Virus record (IMG/VR): IMGVR_UViG_3300002301_000007
Span: 1-36,513 of that record
Source of the DNA: a virus
Taxonomy: Duplodnaviria; Caudoviricetes
Direction: 5' to 3' (one strand)
Length of the DNA stretch: 36,513 bases
The notes below the pieces were generated by a model. It ran no database searches. It was given only the letters and a program-made list of their open reading frames with translations, and was not told where the DNA came from. Positions 1 to 9,249 of this stretch are shown piece after piece (the stretch's first letter is position 1; the number at the start of each line of letters is the position of its first letter). The translations under genes and the position numbers were made by a program.

Positions 1-45
1 TGCCCCGGTTCCTTCACCCCCCGAACCTGCGCCACCCTTGAAACT
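1..45. repeat. Terminal direct repeat (left copy), circular-contig overlap
   Basis: 1-45 is identical to 36469-36513; the scaffold reading frame continues across the join. Confidence 0.97.
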
Positions 46-660
46 TGCTTTAACAAGATGAGGCCGATCGGTTAAGAACTTCTTTATTCCTGCCTCAACG
101 GGCATTTCAATATCAACACCGTTGGCATCTTTTCCGGGAATAACAACTTGCCCGGCTGCATTCAATTTGGCCTGACCTTTAATCATTGCCAAAACTTCTT
201 CATTGAAACCACCTTGCTTGCTGATCTCATTTGTTAAGGCGTGTTCAATGCGCAAATTATTAATCTCCAAATCCTTTGCGCTTAATTTTGTTGAAAAATC
301 GTTGATCTGCTTTTTAAGATTCCCCTCGGCTTCTTCATACTTTTTTTGTTTAACCAATTCTTCCTGCTTGCCTTGTTCTTGAGATTTTTCAAAATCTGTT
401 TTAAACTTTTTCAGATCATCGATCTCTTTTAAAGCAGGTTCATACTTCGCTTTGATTTCGCCAACGCGGGCATCGAGAGTTTTATCAAAGAAGGCTTGTT
501 GCTCTGCCGTAAATTTAACAGCCCCGGCAGCTTCGCCTTCACCTCTTTGGTTAAACAATAAAGCGCGGATCATGTTGCCAATGTCCATGCTTTTACGCAT
601 AATTAAATGCCCTATGATTCCCGTTGTGAATAATGCTAAAGCGATTTGAATTTTACTCAT
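1..660 (-). CDS. Capsid scaffolding protein, 5' part (268 aa in total; continues at 36468..36322)
   Basis: Not in the ORF track; translated by hand. ATG at 660 overlaps the portal stop (TAATG). MSKIQIALALF..NQRGEGEAAGAVKFTAEQQ, charged coiled coil, KFLTDRPHLVK plus Gly-rich tail; lies between portal and capsid. Confidence 0.88.
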   Translation of the reverse strand, partial: MSKIQIALALFTTGIIGHLIMRKSMDIGNMIRALLFNQRGEGEAAGAVKFTAEQQAFFDKTLDARVGEIKAKYEPALKEIDDLKKFKTDFEKSQEQGKQEELVKQKKYEEAEGNLKKQINDFSTKLSAKDLEINNLRIEHALTNEISKQGGFNEEVLAMIKGQAKLNAAGQVVIPGKDANGVDIEMPVEAGIKKFLTDRPHLVKASFKGGAGSGGEGTGA

Positions 661-2345
661 TACTTACCCCCTTGATTTTGACCCCCGGCTTTCCCGGTAT
701 TTTGGCCTGCGCCCGTTGCGCCTGCCCCTTGTGGCTGTAACTCATACGGCCCACCTGCTACCATTTGCTTCATCTTTTGAGCGAAACTATTCGCCAAACC
801 TTGCTGCGGAGCATTGGATTTTTGCGTGTTCTTTTTTTCCAATACTGTTATTTCATCAATCATGGTTTGAATATCTTCATCGCTTGCGCGAGGGAATTTC
901 TTCTTAACGATCGCTGACTTAACATCGATCATAAATGTTTCACCCATGCCCAAAGTTGCTTCGGCTTCGGCTTCTGTAATGTCGTCCATAATGTCGGATA
1001 TGGAAAACTCGTTTGGATATTGAATACTGCCGTCAAACTCCTTACCTTCCCAAGCTGCAAACAACTGCCAGATCCGCAATTCGCCTTCTTCAAAATTGGA
1101 AGCCTTGGTTGATAAAGATGAGTTGGTTTGATTAAATGACCACGCCTTTGATACACCGCTTTGAGTATCAACAGTTGCGCCACCTGCGGGCAATGATTTC
1201 GCGGATCCGCTGACACTTGCCCCGGCATCGATCTTTGCCAACTGAAAGATCTTAATGATTTGGCGATCGATATGATCGAAGTAAGTTGTTGCGTTGCTTG
1301 ATGGCGGAGAAACGTATTCTGGCTTGTTCATTCCTTCCGGGTATAGCAATCCCTTACCAGTACCAAGATCAAGCCCTGCGTAGGCATCGCTGTTGCCCTG
1401 TAGGGCCAAGAAAGCGAACGTCTGATCCCGCAAGATCTGTCTTAACTCGCTTGACGAGTTATAAATATCCCGGGCAATAAAAGCAATGTCTGCGATCTGT
1501 GAGATACCTAAGAAATTGCGTTGACGTTTGCTTTTCTTGTCATAAATGCAAACGATGGGAACTTGACCAAGGCCATGAACGCCATACTCAAGTTGGTTGT
1601 AATCCTTATCGTACAAAGTCCAATCTGTGCGAGTCCAAAGACGATATTGGACTTTCTCATTAACATCCCGATCGAACTGCAAAGGATCATCGTTTGCATC
1701 CGAGCATTCACGAACTAAAACCCAATATGGAAAACCAAATTCATCCAAGGCCCAATTCAAAATGTTTTGCGGTGAAAAAATTGTGAGGTAAGGAAATGCG
1801 CGATTCTCGATCTGATCCAAGCGCGTAACGATTGGCTTTGTCTTGGATATATTTGGACTATCCACAATGACAAAGCAATGTCCATAAACTTGCGCTGAAT
1901 CTGCGATCATTTTGCGGAAATCCTGAATGCAAGTTCCCATGCGATCAATATCATCTGTTACCTGCAAGATCGTTGATTCGATGGATCCCCAATCTTCAAC
2001 AACTGCTTGCTTAAAAAGATGATCTGAATAAATATCAATGATCGGAGCGCAGAAATTGTAATAATAACTCATGCCAACGCGCTTGTTATAATCATCGGCG
2101 CGCTCTTTAGGGTGCATGAATAAATTGCCGTAAATGATTTGCGTATTTTGTGCCTGACCGTTGACGTATAAATTCCACATCGAATCGAACGGCGCGCCAT
2201 ATTGCTGTTGATGCAAAACGCGGGAGTTTGAATAATCAATCCCGCCTTCGTAACTCTGCAAAAGAAATTCCCAATAACCATGATAACGCCGTTGGATCCA
2301 ATGAGGCGTTTCAATCAAATCTTTCAAATTAAGTTTTTGATCCAT
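660..2345 (-). CDS. Portal protein
   Basis: 561 aa downstream of the terminase; YYYNFCAPIID, DIDRMG, HGLGQVPIV and SGVSKA motifs typical of portals. Confidence 0.9.
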   Translation of the reverse strand: MDQKLNLKDLIETPHWIQRRYHGYWEFLLQSYEGGIDYSNSRVLHQQQYGAPFDSMWNLYVNGQAQNTQIIYGNLFMHPKERADDYNKRVGMSYYYNFCAPIIDIYSDHLFKQAVVEDWGSIESTILQVTDDIDRMGTCIQDFRKMIADSAQVYGHCFVIVDSPNISKTKPIVTRLDQIENRAFPYLTIFSPQNILNWALDEFGFPYWVLVRECSDANDDPLQFDRDVNEKVQYRLWTRTDWTLYDKDYNQLEYGVHGLGQVPIVCIYDKKSKRQRNFLGISQIADIAFIARDIYNSSSELRQILRDQTFAFLALQGNSDAYAGLDLGTGKGLLYPEGMNKPEYVSPPSSNATTYFDHIDRQIIKIFQLAKIDAGASVSGSAKSLPAGGATVDTQSGVSKAWSFNQTNSSLSTKASNFEEGELRIWQLFAAWEGKEFDGSIQYPNEFSISDIMDDITEAEAEATLGMGETFMIDVKSAIVKKKFPRASDEDIQTMIDEITVLEKKNTQKSNAPQQGLANSFAQKMKQMVAGGPYELQPQGAGATGAGQNTGKAGGQNQGGK

Positions 2346-2360
2346 TTAACGGGCCTCGCT

Positions 2361-2717
2361 TTATTTGCCGTATTTTCTTGGCTGTAACTTTGAACCTGTT
2401 TTAATTTCGGCTGCGGGTGCGCCAACGGTTGTCTGCGCGCCCTGATCGTTTTCAACGATTTTATCGGGATCCTGACCTAAATCTATCATCATCTGACGAT
2501 ATTGACGATCGCGCTTTGCTTCCTGTGATCTCTTTTGTAAGTCTTTTTCTTCCTGCCGGGCATTCTTATCGCGCAAATTGTTTTCCTCTGCTTTAACATC
2601 GCGAACCATTTCTGACTCAAATCCCTCTGCAACAATTTGGCTTGACTTCATGCCTTGACGGATTTTGGAACGTATGATTTCGCGCTGCGCGATCTTGTTC
2701 TTTTGGGTTGCGTCCAT
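2361..2717 (-). CDS. Hypothetical charged/coiled-coil protein
   Basis: ATG at 2717 preceded by GGAGG; 118 aa. Confidence 0.7.
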   Translation of the reverse strand: MDATQKNKIAQREIIRSKIRQGMKSSQIVAEGFESEMVRDVKAEENNLRDKNARQEEKDLQKRSQEAKRDRQYRQMMIDLGQDPDKIVENDQGAQTTVGAPAAEIKTGSKLQPRKYGK

Positions 2718-2797
2718 ATTGCCTCCGATAGATTGATTCTTATTAACGGTATTGCTTCGCCTTTGTAAATAATATGATTTTTTAGTCGCATGAAAAA

Positions 2798-2875
2798 TTA
2801 AATTAGAACGCTTGCTTCGTCCCAAGCAAACTCTGAATCCTCTTGACCATACGATTTATCATTTGGCGTTTCCAT
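2798..2875 (-). CDS. Possible 25-aa acidic peptide (METPNDKSYGQEDSEFAWDEASVLI)
   Basis: ATG 2 nt after the terminase stop; no other support. Confidence 0.35.
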   Translation of the reverse strand: METPNDKSYGQEDSEFAWDEASVLI

Positions 2876-2876
2876 T

Positions 2877-4178
2877 TTAATATTTAAGAATCTCGGCCCT
2901 TGCCTTGTTCAATGAAAATTCACGTTCAATCATGTACCCAAAGCCGTCCGATGGATGCGTTAAAGAAATATCCCGCGTCTTATCGATCATGGTTGTCCCG
3001 GGCTTAAAAGAAACCTGCTCGAGATCGCGCACTAACTTGGGGCATTTGATTGGATTGACCAATACTTTTCTGCGTCCCTTTGAATCGCAGATCATTGCGT
3101 TCATTGCGTTAATGCGATCACGCTCTGCCGGATTTGCTAACGGAACTCGAGTTGTGATGCCGTAGGATCCGAGCAGGTCTTTGATGATTTTCCAGTTCGT
3201 AACATTGGAAGAAGAATGCCGGGCCTTTCCTGTCGCATCGCCGTATAAATTAATTCCGAGTCGATGTGAAGGATAACGCTGTTGGAAAACCTTGCAGCAT
3301 TCTTCCGTATTAGAGTTTTGAACAAAGATTTCATCGAATACCCTTACTTCTTTTAATCCATCTGGTCGCAAAAACGTATGTGCTAATGTCCATGCCATCG
3401 GATCAACGTTGAAGTCGCAACAAAGATCGATAGCCATATTTTTGTTATACTGGCAAACTTTGAATGCGAGATCCCCTGCATTTTCTTTTCGATTAAATGT
3501 GTAATAAACTGCGCCTTGGAAAATAACAAATTTGCCTGCGATCTCTTGTTCGGCAAACTTCGCATCGTAACTCGCGGATAAATCATCAATCGCTGCTGCA
3601 TCCAAATATGTGTTTTGATACGTTGGGAAAGAAACAATCCCATAACCTTTACGCTTCTCCGCAACAAAAATTTCGTGCATCTCATCAAAAGAGTTTGGGC
3701 TTGATGTTATGATGCCTTTGCCATTAGTTGACAAAACGCGCCCGATCAATACCTGCCAGATCTTTCTAAAGTTTTTCCATTCCCTGGCCTCATCACCCCA
3801 AAAGCCGACAAAGGTTGCATTACGCAAACGATCCGGGTTTTCCGCACTAAATCCATGAACTTGTCTATCGTTTTTCAAAATGATTATTTTCTTTGATTCG
3901 ATCTCATGCTTAATAATGTCTTGATTCGCTTCGCGAAATTCCATCCACGTTGTACGATCGAGCATATTGTAAGTTGGCGCGATGATACCGTAAACGCCCT
4001 TTGCTGTGGCTGCCAATGCTTCATCCCCGGCTTGTCTGGCCCCCGCAACTGTTTTCCCGCCACGAATGCCAGATAATAGCAAACAAAATCGATAGAGATT
4101 ATTTGCTGCGTAATGAAAAGCGATCTGCCCTTGATGGGGATTGTAATTTAACAGATCAATATATTTAGTTTTGGTCAT
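2877..4178 (-). CDS. terL: Terminase large subunit
   Basis: PHQGQ motif, Walker A SGIRGGKT, Walker B FWGDEA, nuclease CDFNVDPM and HPSDGFGY; start moved to MTKTK at 4178. Confidence 0.95.
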   Translation of the reverse strand: MTKTKYIDLLNYNPHQGQIAFHYAANNLYRFCLLLSGIRGGKTVAGARQAGDEALAATAKGVYGIIAPTYNMLDRTTWMEFREANQDIIKHEIESKKIIILKNDRQVHGFSAENPDRLRNATFVGFWGDEAREWKNFRKIWQVLIGRVLSTNGKGIITSSPNSFDEMHEIFVAEKRKGYGIVSFPTYQNTYLDAAAIDDLSASYDAKFAEQEIAGKFVIFQGAVYYTFNRKENAGDLAFKVCQYNKNMAIDLCCDFNVDPMAWTLAHTFLRPDGLKEVRVFDEIFVQNSNTEECCKVFQQRYPSHRLGINLYGDATGKARHSSSNVTNWKIIKDLLGSYGITTRVPLANPAERDRINAMNAMICDSKGRRKVLVNPIKCPKLVRDLEQVSFKPGTTMIDKTRDISLTHPSDGFGYMIEREFSLNKARAEILKY

Positions 4179-4680
4179 AAAATTTTGCAAACTCTTTGTC
4201 TGACTTCGGATTTCTTTCAGTTGGCACACCATTAAATCGTAAACGAGCATTTAAGAATCGATCATCTTGCTCTGGTTCCGGCTGTCTTGTAAACTCGGCC
4301 TTGCATTTATTTGTAAGCCAGATCGCTAATGACGTTGCATTGGGCGCATACTGTTTAACGGTTGTTGTCCGCATAAACTTACCCTTGTCTTTATCGTAAT
4401 GGATAACTTCTTCAAGATTAGAATATCCGCAAGCCGATTCGTACAAGGAACGCTTCACCCGCATTGATGCTTCTTTTTCCCACTCTTTTATAGTGTCCAA
4501 AAATTCCGGGTTATCTGACAGCCATTTATAAAAAGTTGATCGGGAGATCTTATAGAATAACGCAATATCGCCGTCGGTAAAGCCACGAAGAACCAACTGT
4601 TTTAATTGCTCTTTATCAATCGTTTTTGTTTTGGAAGGACGACCCGCACGTTTAGGCTTGATCTTTGCTTTGGCTTTCAT
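4165..4680 (-). CDS. terS: Terminase small subunit
   Basis: GRPSK, HTH (TDGDIA..ISRSTFYKW), VKRSLYESACGY, AIWLTN; directly upstream of terL; GGAG before ATG 4680. Confidence 0.88.
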   Translation of the reverse strand: MKAKAKIKPKRAGRPSKTKTIDKEQLKQLVLRGFTDGDIALFYKISRSTFYKWLSDNPEFLDTIKEWEKEASMRVKRSLYESACGYSNLEEVIHYDKDKGKFMRTTTVKQYAPNATSLAIWLTNKCKAEFTRQPEPEQDDRFLNARLRFNGVPTERNPKSDKEFAKFYDQN

Positions 4681-4785
4681 TGGATCTCCCGGTTGATTTA
4701 AGTATATGCACATAAAATCCCATGCGTAAAGAAATAACTGAAAAATCTTTTTACGCAAGCCTTTTTATATGTTATAGATAAAACC

Positions 4786-5505
4786 ATGCAAGACAAAAAA
4801 ATCCTTATTCTTTGCCCTTCCCGCGAACGTCCTGAACTCTGCGAGAAAATGCTTAAATCAATTAAATCGACTTCTTTGAGATCTTCTATCCGATTATTAT
4901 TGGACATGGATGATCCAACGCTTGAGCAGTATAAAGAGCGTTGTTATAAATTTTGCGATAGCATGGTTATTGACTTCCGGCAGCCGATCACAGATCTAAT
5001 CAATAAAAACTTCATGTTTTCCGCAGATTGTTTTGGATGGTTTTCCGTAACCAATGATGATTTCATTTATAAAACTGATGGATGGGATCAGAAGTTGATA
5101 GATCTTTTGGATGGTAAGCCCGGCATTGCTTATGGCAATGATCTAATGCAGGGCCACAACCTGCCAACAACTTCTGTTATTTCCCGGGAGATCCCGGAGT
5201 TGCTTGGATGGTTACAGATGCCAACGCTCACGCATCTATTTGGCGATACCGTTTGGCTGCATCTTGGTATTGGCGCAAAGTGTATTTATTACGCCAAGGA
5301 CGTTATCATTGAGCATTGCCATTACTTCAACAACAAAGCCACGCAAGATGCCATTTACAAGCGCACGAATGGCAAAGAAATGTACGATCACGATGTGCTT
5401 GCTTTTCTGCGTTGGAAACATAACCAATTACCTAAAGAAGTTGAACTGCTCCAAGGATTGCTTGCCGATTATCACGCTGCCCGCGCATTGAACCCAAAAG
5501 ACTAA
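4786..5505 (+). CDS. Glycosyltransferase, GT-A fold (GT2-like)
   Basis: ILILCPSRERPE start, TNDDF metal motif, HLFGDT, IIEHCH. Confidence 0.82.
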   Translation: MQDKKILILCPSRERPELCEKMLKSIKSTSLRSSIRLLLDMDDPTLEQYKERCYKFCDSMVIDFRQPITDLINKNFMFSADCFGWFSVTNDDFIYKTDGWDQKLIDLLDGKPGIAYGNDLMQGHNLPTTSVISREIPELLGWLQMPTLTHLFGDTVWLHLGIGAKCIYYAKDVIIEHCHYFNNKATQDAIYKRTNGKEMYDHDVLAFLRWKHNQLPKEVELLQGLLADYHAARALNPKD

Positions 5506-5520
5506 GCCAAAAGAATTTTC

Positions 5521-5580
5521 TTGACATTGCCCGGCTATCTGTTAAACTTAACGTAACTGGAAACGTAACCGTCAACGTAA
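5521..5580 (+). promoter_or_regulatory. Sigma70-type early promoter with tandem hexamer operator
   Basis: TTGACA-16nt-TAAACT with extended -10 TGn, followed by AACGTAA x3 at a 12-bp period. Confidence 0.75.
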
Positions 5581-5594
5581 AGAAAGGATTGGAT

Positions 5595-5885
5595 ATGAGA
5601 AATACATTCGAGCGTAACCATACAGCAAGCGCATATAGAGGTATCCGAAAACTATTGCGCGGTACGCCCCCGGATCCCGGTATTGCACAGGCCCGGCAAG
5701 AGGTATCGATTCTAAACGGCATCTTAATTAAAGCATTTTTGGTTTTCGCTCTTGTGGTTGCTTTCTGCATTATCGCCAAGGCCGATCAATGCCAAGATCC
5801 TGCATTAAAGCCGGAACTTGTGAAAGCCTGTTATCAGATGGAGAAGGTTTGTAAAGAAATCGGATGCAGCGTTGCGCTGCGTTAA
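5595..5885 (+). CDS. Small membrane protein
   Basis: One hydrophobic helix, Cys-rich C-terminus; AAGGA upstream. Confidence 0.6.
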   Translation: MRNTFERNHTASAYRGIRKLLRGTPPDPGIAQARQEVSILNGILIKAFLVFALVVAFCIIAKADQCQDPALKPELVKACYQMEKVCKEIGCSVALR

Positions 5886-5912
5886 TTAAACAACAATAAA
5901 AAAGGAGCAGAA

Positions 5913-6089
5913 ATGGCAATCGAGTTATTAACAGAGCGTTTGGAAATTCGCTTAACAAAGCGCGACAAAAAGATCGCTCAAAAACTTTCAACCAAATTGA
6001 GCGTTGATCGTAGGATAAGCGAAGCGAAAGTTATGCGCATGGGCCTGATCGATCTCGCGCATAAGCACAACGTAAAAACTGACAGTTAA
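5913..6089 (+). CDS. Ribbon-helix-helix-like DNA-binding protein (58 aa)
   Basis: Not in the ORF track. AAGGAG RBS; MAIELLTERLEIRLTKRDKKIAQKLS..ISEAKVMRMGL fits the beta-alpha-alpha pattern. Confidence 0.7.
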   Translation: MAIELLTERLEIRLTKRDKKIAQKLSTKLSVDRRISEAKVMRMGLIDLAHKHNVKTDS

Positions 6090-6116
6090 ACGAAGTCCCT
6101 ATTCTTTGGAGGCATC

Positions 6117-7559
6117 ATGGAAGCAAAATTAAAGATCACGAAATTACGCATTAAGAATTTGTTTGGCATCAAAGAGTATGAATCGGATGGCAGCGATGTT
6201 GAATTGACAGGAACCAACGGAGCCTGCAAAACTGCCGTCCTTGACGCGATCCGCTATGGTTTCACCAATAAAAGCGATCGCGAATATTTAATCCGCAAGG
6301 GCCAGAGCGAAGGCGAGATATTGATCGAACTTTCCAATGGTCTAAAAATTCTCCGCAAACCCCGCATTGATAAGGCCGATTATCGATCGATCCGCGTTGG
6401 TGAAGATAAGGCAGAAAAATCCGAAGGCTTCTTGCGCGAGATCTTTACCGAACTACAACTCAATCCAATCGATTTCCTGTTTATGACAGAGCAGGAGCAA
6501 AATCGCATTATCTTGGACATGATCGATTTTAAATGGGATCTGAATTGGATCAAAGAGCAGTTTGGCGAAATCGTTCCCGATGTTAATTATGAACAAAATA
6601 TCTTAAACGTCTTGCATGAGATCCAAGCGGACGAAGGATATTATTTTCTCACCCGGCAGGATCTTAACCGCGAAGTCCGCAACAATCTGGCATTCATTGA
6701 AGATATAGGCGCAACACTTCCGCCCGGCTATGATGCAGCGCATTGGGAAGAAATAAGCCTTGGGGATCTCTATAAGAAAATCGCCAAGATCAAGGCTGAC
6801 AATTCCATTATCGAAAAGGCCAAGGCTGCGCTTAAAGATCGCGACGCTAAGATCAAGCAATTCAAAACAGATTTTGAATTGGAGAAGGAACGTTTAATCA
6901 ATAAAGAAAACGAATATCTTTCTCTACAAAATACCGTTATTGCGGATCTTGAAAATAGCCTCATTCAAGCAAAAGAGCGCATAAAAGAGATCCAACGCAA
7001 TGCAACCAAAAACCATGAGATCAACGAATCAAATTATAAAGCCAACATCGCATCGTTTGAAGGGGAAGTTAAAACACATGAGAAGGCAGCAACGCTCGAG
7101 CCGAAGCCATTCAAAGAATTGCAGGACGAAGCCGAGAATGCTGAAAAAATGAAAGCCTTCATCAATGAATATAAGCGCATGATCGAATACCAAAAAGAGA
7201 TCGTTAAGTTAAATAGGAAGGCCGACAAACTCACCGAGAAGATCGAACACGCCCGCGCATTGCCCGGCGTTATCTTGGAAACGTCAAAGATCCCGGTTAA
7301 AGGTTTGTCGATCGTTGATGGGATCCCGCTTATCAAAGGGCTGCCAATATCCAATCTCTGCGAAGGTGATAAGTTGGAATTATGCGTTGAAGTCGCAATG
7401 AAAGGCGTTGACACCTTAAAACTCTTGCTGATCGATGGCGTTGAACGTCTTGCAACTGTCAATCGTGAATCATTGTATAAAATGCTTAAACGCCGGGGCG
7501 TTCAATTCGTCGCCACGCGCACAACGGATGATGAAGATCTAACGGTTATACACCTATGA
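6117..7559 (+). CDS. SMC/Rad50-like coiled-coil ATPase
   Basis: Walker A GTNGACKT, long coiled coil, LCEGDK signature-like motif, Walker B LLLIDG. Confidence 0.85.
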   Translation: MEAKLKITKLRIKNLFGIKEYESDGSDVELTGTNGACKTAVLDAIRYGFTNKSDREYLIRKGQSEGEILIELSNGLKILRKPRIDKADYRSIRVGEDKAEKSEGFLREIFTELQLNPIDFLFMTEQEQNRIILDMIDFKWDLNWIKEQFGEIVPDVNYEQNILNVLHEIQADEGYYFLTRQDLNREVRNNLAFIEDIGATLPPGYDAAHWEEISLGDLYKKIAKIKADNSIIEKAKAALKDRDAKIKQFKTDFELEKERLINKENEYLSLQNTVIADLENSLIQAKERIKEIQRNATKNHEINESNYKANIASFEGEVKTHEKAATLEPKPFKELQDEAENAEKMKAFINEYKRMIEYQKEIVKLNRKADKLTEKIEHARALPGVILETSKIPVKGLSIVDGIPLIKGLPISNLCEGDKLELCVEVAMKGVDTLKLLLIDGVERLATVNRESLYKMLKRRGVQFVATRTTDDEDLTVIHL

Positions 7560-7798
7560 GCGCGCATAATCCTTGTCGATGTGAGGGTAAAGACAGAAAG
7601 AAAAATTGGGTTGTTATCCAACGTAACTGCAATCATTCGGCCTTTAATGGGTATAAAAAAACATGGTCGAGATATTCGCACGTTATTTGCTTAACGCCGG
7701 GCTGCATGGGATCATTCAGAACAAAAAGCGAAATTGTTTTATCATTACCAAGCGCAAAATTAAATGAATATGGACAATGGGAAAGGTTAAGGCTATGA
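7556..7798 (+). CDS. Hypothetical Cys/His-rich protein
   Basis: ATGA coupling on both sides. Confidence 0.65.
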   Translation: MSAHNPCRCEGKDRKKNWVVIQRNCNHSAFNGYKKTWSRYSHVICLTPGCMGSFRTKSEIVLSLPSAKLNEYGQWERLRL

Positions 7799-8064
7799 GC
7801 GACATTGGAAAGATCCCGGTTAAGGGAAAATGTAAATGCGGGCAAGAGATCGTTTGGGTTAAAACAAAGACGGGCCGGAATATGCCCGTCAATGTTCCAA
7901 AATTCGATGATGGCGAAAGCAGGCATGAAGCCATCACAACCGCGATCGAATTTAACCCGGACTATATGACCTCACATTTCGCAACCTGTCCTTTTGCTGC
8001 CAGATTTAGAAAGCCAAAAGAAACAATCATTGGCGATGGCACAACGATTGGCGGTGTCTTGTGA
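7795..8064 (+). CDS. Hypothetical Zn-binding phage protein
   Basis: CKCG..IVW..T..G.MPV and SHFATCP motifs; ATGA-coupled start. Confidence 0.7.
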   Translation: MSDIGKIPVKGKCKCGQEIVWVKTKTGRNMPVNVPKFDDGESRHEAITTAIEFNPDYMTSHFATCPFAARFRKPKETIIGDGTTIGGVL

Positions 8065-8279
8065 AATTCTCTGAACATCCAAAAGTTATCGCTGCTAAGA
8101 AGTTGCTTAAAGAAGCAGAGTTGGAATTTATCGCAGAAGCAAAGGAAAGAGAATCAAACCATCTTTGCCAATGCGGTCATGCCCGAAAAGATCATGGCCC
8201 TGCGCATAGCATTAACTATACAGGCGGATCTTGTAATAAATGCGAATGCCTAAACTTTTTGTTTGACAAACGCCCCTGA
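8061..8279 (+). CDS. Hypothetical Zn-finger protein
   Basis: CQCGH..H..C..C.C; GTGA-coupled start. Confidence 0.65.
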   Translation: MKFSEHPKVIAAKKLLKEAELEFIAEAKERESNHLCQCGHARKDHGPAHSINYTGGSCNKCECLNFLFDKRP

Positions 8280-8316
8280 TCTGATAGAATATCCGTAACA
8301 GTAAACGTAAACGTAA
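8263..8316 (+). promoter_or_regulatory. Sigma70-type promoter with tandem hexamer operator
   Basis: TTGACA-16nt-TAGAAT with TGn, then CCGTAA CAGTAA ACGTAA ACGTAA. Confidence 0.75.
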
Positions 8317-8331
8317 TTAACAGGAGGGAAT

Positions 8332-9249
8332 ATGGGAGCAAACGAATTAAGCGCAGAGGTTATAAAAGAAAAGGGAGCAGCGCAAGATATGATAGTTAGT
8401 CGCGTTGCCCAAGAGGTACAGGCATCAATGATCGTCGCCAAGAAATTTCCCCGGGATGAAAACGAATCGCACAAGAAGATCATGCGCTCATGCGCCCGGA
8501 TCGGATTGGCGCAGGTTGCAGAATATACCTATCCCCGAGGAGATAAGAAGGTTAGCGGGCCATCTATACGTTTGGCAGAGGCCATTGCGCAGGGATGGGG
8601 AAATATTGATTATGGCATCATTGAACTTGAAAACTCCCGGGGAAAATCCGAAATGATGGCTTATGCTTGGGATAAAGAAAGCAATACTCGCGTTACAAAG
8701 GTTTTTAGCGTTGAGCATAAGCGCGATACTCGCCAAGGATCCTATGCCTTGACAGATGCCCGCGACATTTACGAAGCAACGGCAAACTTTGGAGCGCGTC
8801 GCGTCCGGGCCTGCATACTTGGGATCATTCCGGGCGATGTTATCGATGCAGCAATCAAGGAATGCCGAAAGACGATCAAAGGCGAGAATAAAACGCCGAT
8901 CGAGGATCGGATCAAGATAATGCTCACAACGTTTGAAAAGGAGCATCGCATCGATACAGCAGCGATTGAAGAATATATTGGCTGCAAGGTTAAAGCGTTT
9001 ACAGAAAATGATCTCTTTAAATTGCTTGGCATCCATCAATCGATTATGGATGGAATGTCTGCCCCGGCAGATTATTTCGGCAGGCCCGAAGCTGCAAAGC
9101 CAGTTGTTGAGGTCAAGGATGCTCTTGGCGAGAAGAAGGCCAAGGAGTTTGAAGCGATACGAGTTAAACTTCGTAAAACCTATCCTACCGAAGAAGATTG
9201 GCAGATCGATGCCCGGGCCAAAGAGATCCAAGAAGGCGGAGCAAAATGA
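8332..9249 (+). CDS. Putative ssDNA-annealing/recombination protein
   Basis: AKKFPRD and GPSIRLAE motifs; coupled to an exonuclease gene; AGGAGG RBS. Confidence 0.65.
   Translation: MGANELSAEVIKEKGAAQDMIVSRVAQEVQASMIVAKKFPRDENESHKKIMRSCARIGLAQVAEYTYPRGDKKVSGPSIRLAEAIAQGWGNIDYGIIELENSRGKSEMMAYAWDKESNTRVTKVFSVEHKRDTRQGSYALTDARDIYEATANFGARRVRACILGIIPGDVIDAAIKECRKTIKGENKTPIEDRIKIMLTTFEKEHRIDTAAIEEYIGCKVKAFTENDLFKLLGIHQSIMDGMSAPADYFGRPEAAKPVVEVKDALGEKKAKEFEAIRVKLRKTYPTEEDWQIDARAKEIQEGGAK

Noticed and set aside
1-45. End repeat as an att site or physical terminal repeat
   Set aside because: It lies inside an intact gene and there is no integrase; best explained as assembly overlap
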